DNA of 64,000 nucleotides, from NCBI GenBank assembly GCA_045591965.1, contig JAZNTX010000021.1, positions 66,331 through 130,330 of the forward strand, given 5' to 3'. Below, one piece after another: positions 49,124 to 58,002 of this stretch. The notes beneath the pieces are model-generated. The model worked only from the letters and a program-made list of their open reading frames with translations. It searched no databases and was not told the origin of the DNA. Numbering within the stretch: the stretch's first letter is position 1; the number at the start of each line of letters is the position of its first letter. A program made the translations under genes and the position numbers. The stretch is from Tidjanibacter sp. (GTDB lineage: Bacteria > Bacteroidota > Bacteroidia > Bacteroidales > Rikenellaceae).

Positions 49124-49687
49124 ATGCGCGTAAATTACGGATTTGACATAAAGCCAACCTCGCGAGCCGTTGTTACCATCGGCTCGTTTGACGGTGTGCA
49201 TCGTGGGCACGCCGACCTTGTGGCTCGACTTGTGAAGAGGGCACAAGAGGTTGGGGGAGAGAGCGTTGTAGTGACATTTTCGCCCCATCCGCGTGAGGTG
49301 TTGGCGCGAGGAGGAGAGAATTTTAGGCTGCTGACTACCACTGAGCGTAAGGCAGAACTACTCTCGAAGTTGGGCGTAGATTGTATGGTAGTGGTGGATT
49401 TTACCCCCGAGTTTGCGGCTCTCACCTCCGAAGAGTTTATTAGGGACTATCTCATTGAGCGTTTGGGGTTGCATACGCTTGTTGTGGGCTACAATCATCG
49501 CTTTGGGCACGATAGGGATGTGTCATACGACCACTTTGAGCAATTGGCTACAAAATATGGTTTTGAGGTGCTGAGAGTGCCCGAATATCGTTTCGAGGGA
49601 GAGAAAATATCCTCCTCGGTGGTGCGCCGACTCCTTGCTGAGGGTAAGACACAAGAAGCAGAACACTTACTTGGACACAAACTTTAA
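49124..49687 (+). CDS. Stand-alone FAD synthetase (FMN adenylyltransferase) domain; no riboflavin-kinase domain
   Basis: IGSFDGVHRGH, TFSPHP, VGYNHRFG, ISSSVVR; stops at LLGHKL. Confidence 0.85.
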   Translation: MRVNYGFDIKPTSRAVVTIGSFDGVHRGHADLVARLVKRAQEVGGESVVVTFSPHPREVLARGGENFRLLTTTERKAELLSKLGVDCMVVVDFTPEFAALTSEEFIRDYLIERLGLHTLVVGYNHRFGHDRDVSYDHFEQLATKYGFEVLRVPEYRFEGEKISSSVVRRLLAEGKTQEAEHLLGHKL

Positions 49688-49690
49688 GTT

Positions 49691-50107
49691 ATGGAAGATA
49701 GAATAATATATAGCAGTGATATACAACTGCGTGTTCGCTACAAGGAAACCGACCAGATGGGCTTTGTTCACCACTCCAACTACCCCGTCTATTATGAGTA
49801 TGCCCGCACCGAATTGTTGCGCTCAAAAGGCTTTACTTATAAGGCTATGGAGGATGGCGGAGTGATGATGCCCGTGAGAGAGGTCGGTATGAAGTATTTT
49901 ACCCCTGCGAGGTACGACGACCTGCTGACCATCAAAGTTATGATGCACAACATTCAGGGTGCGCGTCTGCGCTTCGACCACGAAATTCGCAACGAGGCGG
50001 GCGAGTTGGTTAATACGGGATTTGTGGAACTTGTCTTTGTGAATATGAAGACCCGCCGCCCCTGCCACGCCCCCGAGTGGTTCCGCACCCTCTTTGAGCA
50101 GGAGTAG
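49691..50107 (+). CDS. Acyl-CoA thioesterase (YbgC/FadM family)
   Basis: RVRYKETDQMGFVHHSNY..YYE.AR. Confidence 0.9.
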   Translation: MEDRIIYSSDIQLRVRYKETDQMGFVHHSNYPVYYEYARTELLRSKGFTYKAMEDGGVMMPVREVGMKYFTPARYDDLLTIKVMMHNIQGARLRFDHEIRNEAGELVNTGFVELVFVNMKTRRPCHAPEWFRTLFEQE

Positions 50108-50182
50108 GGTAACCCCTACGATGATAACACAAAACGCACCTCACTACCGAGGTGCGTTTTGTGTTTGTATGGGTCGGGCGTT

Positions 50183-52642
50183 TTACCTAATCGTTGCGCC
50201 AACCTTCTTAGTGAAGGCATCAATGAGGCGTTGCATTGTGCCATCGATAGTCTTGTCGTCGAGCGTACGGCTCTCGTCTTGGAGCACAAAGCCAAGTGCG
50301 TAGGACTTCTTGCCCGCCTCCAACTTGTCGCCCGTATAGACATCGAACAAGGTTACATCCCTAAGGAGTTTCTTCTCGGTCTGGAAGGCAATCTGACGGA
50401 GTTCGGCATACGATACTGCGGTATCCACCAGTAGTGCAAGGTCGCGCTTAACGGCAGGGAACTTAGCGAGTTCGCGAGCCGCAACTTTGTGCTTGCGGGT
50501 ATATTTCAGAAGGGTATCGAAGTCAATATCGAGGTAGTAAACCTCGCCTTTGAGGTCGAACATCTTACGGATCTTGGGCGATACGGTAGCGATGGTAAGG
50601 AGTTCTTTATTACCTGCTTTGAGACTCAGACCCTCCGAGTAGAGTTCGCCACAGATGGGTTCGCTGCGAAGTTGGTAGATATCCATACCAAAGCGGCGCA
50701 AAATCTTCTCAGCCACGGCTTTGAGCGAGAAGAAGTCGCTCGCCTCCGCCTTGCTGTTCCACGACTGAACACTCTTTGCGCCCGAGATTGCCACTGCCAA
50801 ACGCATACCCTCCGAATAGGGAGCCAAGCCGCCCTCCTCCTTGCGCTCGGGAGCGTAGGAGTATGTGTTACCAAACTCATAAATCTTCACACTCTGCGCC
50901 TTGTGGTTCACATTGAGGCTCACAACCTCCAAAAGACCGTAGAGCAGTGTCTGGCGCATAACGCCAAGGTCGGCACTCAGGGGGTTCATAATCTTCACGC
51001 AGTTGGCAATGGGATAAGCCTCCGAGTTCTCGTAGTAACTGCTCTTGCTGAGCGAGTTATTCATAACCTCCGCAAAGCCACACGCCGAGAGCATATCGCT
51101 AACCATATTCCTTAGGCGGTCTTTGTTGGGTTTCTGCTCGTAGGAGAGGGTAGAATTGACATGTGAGGGAATCTCTACATTGTTGTAGCCATAGATACGC
51201 AAAATCTCCTCTACCAAGTCGGCAGGGCGTTGAACATCAACTCTATAAGGGGGTACCTTAACGCTCAAACCCTCCTCTGTGCGCTCGCAAATCTCAATGC
51301 CGAGGTCGGTGAGAATTTCGCAGATGGTGTCGTTACCAATCTTCTTGCCTATGAGGTTGTCGATGTAGTCGAAAGTAATATCGATAGCAAAAGGAATAAC
51401 TGGGGCGGGGTAGAGGTCGGTAATCTCCGAGGTAATCTCGCCACCTGCGAGTTCCTTAATGAGCATTGCTGCGCGTTTGAGGGCATAGACGGTGATATTG
51501 GGGTCGATGCCGCGCTCGAAACGGAACGAAGCGTCGGTCGAAAGAGCGTGACGCTTAGCGGTCTTGCGCACCCATACGGGGTTGAAATAAGCACTCTCCA
51601 AGAATACATTGGTTGTACTCTCGCTCACGCCCGAGTGCTCGCCACCGAAGACACCCGCAATACACATAGGTTTCTCGCTGTCGCAAATCATAAGGTCCTT
51701 CTCCGAGAGGGTGCGCTCCACGCCATCGAGGGTGCGGAATTTGGTGCCCTCTGCGCAGGTGCGAACAACCACCTCATTGCCCTCAATCTTGTCTGCATCG
51801 AAGGAGTGGAGGGGCTGGCAGAGTTCGTGGAGTACATAGTTGGTAACATCCACAACATTGTTCTTGGGATTGATGCCGATAGCGCGAAGAGCGTTCTGCA
51901 ACCATTGGGGCGAGGGAGCGACCTTCACACCCGAGATATTCACACCTGCATAGCGAGGTGCAGCCTCGGGGCACTCAACCCTCACTTTGGTTACGCGAGA
52001 GGTGTTGTCCACCTTCCAATTCTCCACGCTGGGCAATACCAACTCGGCCTCTCTGCCCTGCGAGCGGAGGTAGGCATACAAGTCGCGAGCCACGCCATAG
52101 TGCGAGCCTGCGTCGATGCGGTTGGGGGTCAAGCCGATAACTAAGCGGTAGTCATCAGTGAGGCGGAGGTACTCCATTGCGGGAGTGCCGGGGATGGCGT
52201 CTTGGTCGAGTTCCATAATGCCGTCGTGCGAGGTGCCAATGCCGAGTTCGTCTTCGGCACAGAGCATACCGAGCGACTCAACGCCACGAATTTTGCTGCG
52301 TTTGATTTTGAATACCTCCTCGGAGCCGATGGGGTGCAACTCGGCACCTACGGTTGCGCACATCACTTTCAGACCCTTGCGGCAGTTTGCAGCACCACAA
52401 ACGATGCCCAAAGGCTCGCCTGTGCCCACATCTACGGTAGTGATGTGGAGATGGTCGGAGTCGGGGTGGTCCTCGCAAGTGAGCACTTCGCCCACTACAA
52501 CGCCTTTAAGACCGCCTTTGACAGCCTCCAATTTCTCGCAATCCTCAATTTCCAAACCGATGTCGGTTAGGATTACCGAAGCCTCCTCGGCTGTAAGGTC
52601 GCTTTTGAGATAGTTTTTGAGCCAGTTGTAAGAGATATTCAT
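50183..52642 (-). CDS. pheT: Phenylalanine-tRNA ligase beta subunit
   Basis: MNISYNWL, HPDSDHL, TPNR.D, RFERG, RDLALL. Confidence 0.97.
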   Translation of the reverse strand: MNISYNWLKNYLKSDLTAEEASVILTDIGLEIEDCEKLEAVKGGLKGVVVGEVLTCEDHPDSDHLHITTVDVGTGEPLGIVCGAANCRKGLKVMCATVGAELHPIGSEEVFKIKRSKIRGVESLGMLCAEDELGIGTSHDGIMELDQDAIPGTPAMEYLRLTDDYRLVIGLTPNRIDAGSHYGVARDLYAYLRSQGREAELVLPSVENWKVDNTSRVTKVRVECPEAAPRYAGVNISGVKVAPSPQWLQNALRAIGINPKNNVVDVTNYVLHELCQPLHSFDADKIEGNEVVVRTCAEGTKFRTLDGVERTLSEKDLMICDSEKPMCIAGVFGGEHSGVSESTTNVFLESAYFNPVWVRKTAKRHALSTDASFRFERGIDPNITVYALKRAAMLIKELAGGEITSEITDLYPAPVIPFAIDITFDYIDNLIGKKIGNDTICEILTDLGIEICERTEEGLSVKVPPYRVDVQRPADLVEEILRIYGYNNVEIPSHVNSTLSYEQKPNKDRLRNMVSDMLSACGFAEVMNNSLSKSSYYENSEAYPIANCVKIMNPLSADLGVMRQTLLYGLLEVVSLNVNHKAQSVKIYEFGNTYSYAPERKEEGGLAPYSEGMRLAVAISGAKSVQSWNSKAEASDFFSLKAVAEKILRRFGMDIYQLRSEPICGELYSEGLSLKAGNKELLTIATVSPKIRKMFDLKGEVYYLDIDFDTLLKYTRKHKVAARELAKFPAVKRDLALLVDTAVSYAELRQIAFQTEKKLLRDVTLFDVYTGDKLEAGKKSYALGFVLQDESRTLDDKTIDGTMQRLIDAFTKKVGATIR

Positions 52643-52711
52643 AACCTAAATATGTGTTTTGTTTTACTTGTCGTGATTATGTGTTGTTTCAACCCACAAA
52701 ATTACTAAAAA

Positions 52712-52743
52712 AGTTGAGAGTTGAGAGTTGAGAATTGAAAATT
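52712..52743. repeat. Heptamer tandem repeat (AGTTGAG)x3 plus degenerate units
   Basis: Read directly; same family as at sites A, C and D. Confidence 0.8.
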
Positions 52744-52823
52744 ATTCTTGAAAAATTATTGTTTCTGCTGTTTGTCGGTATCTGCCAAGCGAGAGCATTT
52801 GCCAAAATTCAAAATTATTTTCT

Positions 52824-53100
52824 TATATTTGCGGTGTCGGGTTGGCTCCCAGCCCTCGGCACCATATATTTTTGATGAAAGTGTATTAGCTTTTATCCTT
52901 GAATGGAAATCTGGAAAATTTTCAAATGACCAAGGAAAGCAATCACACTCGTCACTCCGTATTGATAATTCTGGGGTGTTCTTACCCCGTACTCAATACG
53001 AGTGTGGGGTATTGTTTATTTGGTCATAGGTATTCCAGAACCTCCATTCAGATAGACTGATCAACTCCACACTTTCTTTTTGTAAAATAATTCTACCATA
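52824..53100 (+). ncRNA. Putative structured leader RNA, copy 2 (homolog of 6433-6700)
   Basis: TATATTTG box at 52824, hairpin at 52833-52863, eight nested helices at 52878-53075, then a U-tract. Confidence 0.75.
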
Positions 53101-53156
53101 GGGGAGTTGTATGGTTTTGAGTTGCAACAATTAATTAACTCAAAACATAAACGCTT

Positions 53157-55079
53157 ATGAAGAGATTTTTTATGATTCTTGCCGCACTTGCGATGTTCTG
53201 TGCGGTGGGTTGCGAGGACGAGATTCAAGAGACACCAAACCCCAATGGTGGTGGTAACGAGCAGGAAGAGCAGGAGCCAGAGCCCGAACTTCCCGATGTG
53301 CCACCAATCGAAAACATCTGCGAGGCGATGGACGATGTGGAGTTTATCAAGTACTGCACCGAGAATTTCGACATCAACAAAGACGGCATTTTGGCTGCAT
53401 CTGAGATTGCAAATGTTAGATACATTGATATCTCGAACCAAAAAGTCTACTCCATTGAGGGTATTGCCTATTTTGAGAACCTCAACGAACTCAACGCGAG
53501 GGGTAGTTCGCTGATAGGTGTGGATTTGCGCCGCAACGCAAAACTCACGATGGTAAATTTCCGAGAGTGCGCTCTTCTCGAAAACGCAATGCTTCCCGAC
53601 CTTGCCATCATTGCCGATAGCACTTTCTACGCCTGCAACCGCCTTGCACAGTGCAAAGTTCCAAGCAGTGTGACGCAGATTGGCAATGGGGCATTCCAAG
53701 GTTGCTCGGCAATGACGGACTTATCCCTCGGCGAAAATGTTGCTTCGATTGGAAAACTCGCCTTTGAGGGTTGCTCGGGGCTTGCGACCATTTCGATGTA
53801 TGCTACAAACATCTCAGAGGAGGCTTTTAAGGGCGCTTTGGGTGCGCTGACCATTAAACCTAACACAAAACTTTGCAAAACTGACATCGTTGCCGAGGCA
53901 TTTACCCGCTCCTCCATACAAAGTGTCACTATCGTAGAGGGCATTACCGAGATAGGAGCCAAAGCGTTTTACGGTTGTTCGAGCCTCGAAAGTGTAACCA
54001 TTCCCAGTAGTGTTACTGAGATTGGCAATAGCGCATTCTATAACTGTGGCAACTTGTCTATTGTAGTGCCTTCGACTGTTACAACTATCGGAGCAAATGC
54101 TTTTATGGATTGTGCGAATGTGACTTTTGCAGACACGAGTTGTTCATTAGTCTATTCTGCAAGCAGTAAACTCTCTATCTCTGCCAGCAATTTTGGAGCT
54201 AATAGTATAGTTAGCCATACCTACAACGACGGTGTTGGTGTTATAACATTCGATACTGCACCAACACAAATAGGCAATAATACTTTCAAAGGAAAAACCT
54301 CTTTGACGAGCATAACCATTCCCGACAGCGTTACTTCGATTGGAGAGTATGCATTCAACGGTTGTTCCAACCTTGTGAGCATCACTATTCCAGAGAGTGT
54401 TACTTCGATTGGACAGGAAGCATTCGCTTTTTGTACGAGCCTTGCGAGTGTAACCATTCCCGACAGCGTTACTTCGATTGGAGAGTATGCATTCAACGGT
54501 TGTTCCAACCTTGTGAGCATCACTATTCCAGAGAGTGTTACTTCGATTGGAAAGTATGCATTCTATGGTTGTTCGAGCCTTACGAGCATAACCATTCCCG
54601 ATAGCGTTACTTCGATTGGTAGCAGTGCTTTCTATGGTTGTTCGAGCCTTACGAGCATCACTATTCCCGATAGCGTTACTTCGATTGGAGAGTGGGCATT
54701 CTATGATTGCGAGAGCTTTACGAGCATTACTATTCCCGAGGGTGTTACTTCGATTGAAGAGTGTGCATTCCGTGGTTGTACGAGTCTTGCGAGCGTAACT
54801 ATCTCTGAAAATGTTACAAACATAGGAAAGTATGCTTTTAGAGATTGCCCACTTAAAGAGGTTTATTGTAAACCCACAACTCCACCTGCAATATACTATT
54901 ACTGGTGGAATTCAAATGATTATGGCGGAATATTTACAACCTATCATACTCTAAAAATATATGTACCCCGCAATTCATATGATGAATACACTCAATACAC
55001 ATCGAAAAAAGATAATGCTTATTCGGAGCATAACTGGAGTCTATATAAAAATTTTATAGAACCCTACGATTTTGAGTAG
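53157..55079 (+). CDS. BspA-type (TpLRR/LRR_5) surface lipoprotein
   Basis: Lipobox AVGC followed by acidic EDEIQE; 23-aa repeats SL.SITIPDSVTSIG..AF.GC; C-terminal KPTTPP...LKIYVP. Confidence 0.9.
   Translation: MKRFFMILAALAMFCAVGCEDEIQETPNPNGGGNEQEEQEPEPELPDVPPIENICEAMDDVEFIKYCTENFDINKDGILAASEIANVRYIDISNQKVYSIEGIAYFENLNELNARGSSLIGVDLRRNAKLTMVNFRECALLENAMLPDLAIIADSTFYACNRLAQCKVPSSVTQIGNGAFQGCSAMTDLSLGENVASIGKLAFEGCSGLATISMYATNISEEAFKGALGALTIKPNTKLCKTDIVAEAFTRSSIQSVTIVEGITEIGAKAFYGCSSLESVTIPSSVTEIGNSAFYNCGNLSIVVPSTVTTIGANAFMDCANVTFADTSCSLVYSASSKLSISASNFGANSIVSHTYNDGVGVITFDTAPTQIGNNTFKGKTSLTSITIPDSVTSIGEYAFNGCSNLVSITIPESVTSIGQEAFAFCTSLASVTIPDSVTSIGEYAFNGCSNLVSITIPESVTSIGKYAFYGCSSLTSITIPDSVTSIGSSAFYGCSSLTSITIPDSVTSIGEWAFYDCESFTSITIPEGVTSIEECAFRGCTSLASVTISENVTNIGKYAFRDCPLKEVYCKPTTPPAIYYYWWNSNDYGGIFTTYHTLKIYVPRNSYDEYTQYTSKKDNAYSEHNWSLYKNFIEPYDFE
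54313..54551 (+). repeat. 101-bp exact direct repeat inside the LRR region (138-bp period)
   Basis: 54313-54413 is identical to 54451-54551. Confidence 0.9.
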
Positions 55080-55099
55080 TCGTTAAGGACTTTAATGAT

Positions 55100-55578
55100 T
55101 TAGTGAGTAAAGAGTATTTTGGCGAGCGCTGGTGCGCTCTCCTTTTTTACACACGCCCCCGTCGCAAAGCGACACCCCCTGTGCGCGGGGACGCGTACGC
55201 AATTTCGACCACCCCTCCCGACCTCCCCTTGCGTAGGGGAGGAGTACTTAGAGGAGGAATAAACCCCGTCTTGCCACGACTGCCAAATGGCAGGCGGTTG
55301 GCATCTACCGCTCTTAGAATTGAGAATTGAGAATTGAGAATTGAGAGTTGAGAGTTGAGTGCGCCCCCTTTGTTCGCGGGTATCTTTTTTAATACCCATG
55401 AGGTTGGGGGCTCGTGTCTTTCTTGTTTTTCCTGTTTTTCTTGCAGGAGTGACAGGAGTAACAAGAGTAACAGACCCCTCCGCCCTAACGGGCACCTCCC
55501 CTAACTTAGGGGAGGGTGCCGGAGGCGGGAGAGGTATGTAAAAATTACTCTTTACTCTTTAATCAATTACTCTTTGTT
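55100..55578. repeat. Composite intergenic repeat mosaic, site D (largest)
   Basis: Contains modules shared with sites A, B and C, six heptamers at 55316-55357, and 9-mer repeats at 55415-55470. Confidence 0.85.
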
Positions 55579-56235
55579 TTATGCTCTTTCGCCGAAGATT
55601 TTGGAGCCGATGCGGACCATTGTACTGCCGCACTCGATGGCTTCGTGGTAGTCGGAGGTCATACCCATCGAAACGGTGTCGAACTTCTCGCCAAACTGCG
55701 GGCGCAATTCCTCAAAAAGGGCTCGTAGGGCGCGGAACTCGCTCTTATTAAGTTCAATATCGTCGGTCAGTGTGCCGATGGTCATCAGCCCCCTCACGCG
55801 GATATTGCGATAGTCGGCAAGTCTGCCCGAAGAGAGAAAGTCGCGCAACTCCTGCTCATCCCATCCGCTCTTGCTCTCATCTTCGGCAAGATGCACCTCG
55901 AAGAGAATATCAATCACCCTTCCGCACTTTGCCGCTTGGCGGTCTATCTCTGCCACAAGTCTTTCGGAATCAACCGAATGAATGAGCGCAACAAACGGGG
56001 CGATGTATTTTACCTTGTTGGTTTGCAGGTGTCCAATCATGTGCCACTCTACATCATTGGGCATTTGGGGTTGTTTGGCGCACATCTCCTGTGGGCGGCT
56101 CTCGCCAAAGATGCGCTGCCCCGCATTGTAGGCCTCGCGCAAAGCCTCAATGGGGTGAAATTTCGACACCGCCACAAGCCTTACATCGGAGGGTAGGGTG
56201 GCGTGTAACTCTTCTATTTGGGTTCTAACGGACAT
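55579..56235 (-). CDS. yggS: YggS/PLPBP pyridoxal-phosphate homeostasis protein
   Basis: VAVSKFHP, FGESRPQE, WHMIGHLQTNK, SMGMTSDY, MVRIGSKIFG. Confidence 0.93.
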   Translation of the reverse strand: MSVRTQIEELHATLPSDVRLVAVSKFHPIEALREAYNAGQRIFGESRPQEMCAKQPQMPNDVEWHMIGHLQTNKVKYIAPFVALIHSVDSERLVAEIDRQAAKCGRVIDILFEVHLAEDESKSGWDEQELRDFLSSGRLADYRNIRVRGLMTIGTLTDDIELNKSEFRALRALFEELRPQFGEKFDTVSMGMTSDYHEAIECGSTMVRIGSKIFGERA

Positions 56236-56325
56236 TTTATACTCTGTTTGTTTGGCAAATTTAGGGATTATTTTCTATATTTGTTGTTCCGAGAGGAGAA
56301 ACTAATTTAATAATTGCAAAATACG

Positions 56326-57966
56326 ATGAACAAAAAACTCTTACTAACCGTTTTGACCTCAGTTTTTGCTTGGGGTAGTGTCTTTGCTTGCACCAATCTT
56401 ATTGTAACCCGTGGCGCATCGACCGATGGCTCCAACATGGTATCCTACGCCGCCGACTCGCACCAACTCTATGGCGCACTCTACCACACACCCGCTGCTA
56501 TGTGGGCAAAAGGTGAGTTGCTCAAAGTCTACGAGTGGGATACAAGCCGCTATCTTGGCGAGATTGCTCAGGTGGAGCAGACCTATTCGACAATAGGCAA
56601 TATGAACGAGCACCAACTTATCATTGGCGAAACAACATACGGTGGTCGCTCGGAGTTGGAGAACCCCAACGGCGGTATCGACTACGGCTCGCTGATTTAC
56701 ATCACTTTGCAGAGGGCTAAGACCGCTCGCGAGGCAATCCACTGCATTGTAGAGTTGGCAAACACCTACGGCTACGCTTCCAGTGGCGAGAGTTTCTCGA
56801 TTGCCGACAAAGAGGAGGCGTGGATTATGGAACTTATTGGTAAGGGTCCCGACCACAAAGGTATTGTATGGGTTGCACGCCGTATTCCCGACGGCTACAT
56901 CTCGGCACACGCCAACCACGCACGCATTACCACTTTCCCCCTCAATGACCCCGAGAACTGCCTCTATGCCCCCGATGTGGTATCGTTTGCTCGCGAGATG
57001 GGATACTACGAGGGCTCTGACGAGGAGTTTAGTTTCAGCGACACCTATGCGCCTTTGGATTTTAGCGCAATGAGGGGTTGCGAGGCAAGGGTATGGAGTT
57101 TCTTCCGCCGCTTTGCCGATGGTATGGATGCCTACGAGGACTACGCGCTGGGGCACAATCCCGCAAACCGTATGCCCCTTTGGGTTAAGCCTAACCGTAA
57201 ACTCTCGCCCAAAGATATCTTCGATATGATGCGCGACCACTACGAGGGTACCAAGATGGATATGACTACCGACATCGGTGCCGGTGGTAGCAAGGTGCCC
57301 TATCGTTGGCGTCCCATGGGCTTTGAGGTAGATGGCGAGCAATATGTGCAGGAGAGGGCTATCGCCACCCAGCAGACAGGCTTCTGGTTTGTGGCTCAGG
57401 CTCGTCCACAACTTCCCGACCCCATTGGCGGTATTATCTGGTTTGGTACAGACGATGCTGCAACCTCGCCCCTTACGCCCATCTATTGTGGCTCTACCGA
57501 GGTGCCCGAGTGCCTCTCGGAGAATACGGGCAACATCTTGACCTACTCCGACAAGGCTATGTTCTGGATTACCAACCGCATCGCACAATTTGCCTACCTG
57601 CGTTACGACTATATTGGCGCAGAGGTACGCAAAGTTATTGACGAGTGGGAGAATGAAAAACTCGCTGAGGTGGCAACCAAAGATGCCGAACTTGCGGCTC
57701 TCGCTTGCCCAGATGCCATGAAAGATGCTGCTACCAAATATTCGGTGGCAACGGCTCAGACTTTGTGGAAGAAATGGAGTGAATTGGATGACTATCTGAT
57801 GGTTAAATACATTGATGGTAATATCAAAAAACAGGGTGCAAATGGCGAATTTTTGACCAATGGTCACCACCCCGCGCAGCCTGCATTCCCCGACCAACCT
57901 GGTTATAGCGAGAAATTCCTCCGCGCTATTGCCGAGGATAACCCAATCCTCAAAGATGTAAAATAA
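56326..57966 (+). CDS. Secreted C69-family dipeptidase
   Basis: Signal peptide followed by N-terminal nucleophile CTN; NEHQL.IGETT, GESFSIAD. Confidence 0.88.
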   Translation: MNKKLLLTVLTSVFAWGSVFACTNLIVTRGASTDGSNMVSYAADSHQLYGALYHTPAAMWAKGELLKVYEWDTSRYLGEIAQVEQTYSTIGNMNEHQLIIGETTYGGRSELENPNGGIDYGSLIYITLQRAKTAREAIHCIVELANTYGYASSGESFSIADKEEAWIMELIGKGPDHKGIVWVARRIPDGYISAHANHARITTFPLNDPENCLYAPDVVSFAREMGYYEGSDEEFSFSDTYAPLDFSAMRGCEARVWSFFRRFADGMDAYEDYALGHNPANRMPLWVKPNRKLSPKDIFDMMRDHYEGTKMDMTTDIGAGGSKVPYRWRPMGFEVDGEQYVQERAIATQQTGFWFVAQARPQLPDPIGGIIWFGTDDAATSPLTPIYCGSTEVPECLSENTGNILTYSDKAMFWITNRIAQFAYLRYDYIGAEVRKVIDEWENEKLAEVATKDAELAALACPDAMKDAATKYSVATAQTLWKKWSELDDYLMVKYIDGNIKKQGANGEFLTNGHHPAQPAFPDQPGYSEKFLRAIAEDNPILKDVK

Positions 57967-58002
57967 TCCGAGAATAACCTAAAACAACCTTAATAAAAAA
58001 GA

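Noticed and set aside
55100-55541. Short ORFs (55100-55495, 55147-55464, 44835-45326, 14332-14571)
   Set aside because: Translations of heptamer and nonamer repeats (LNSQLST-type low complexity).
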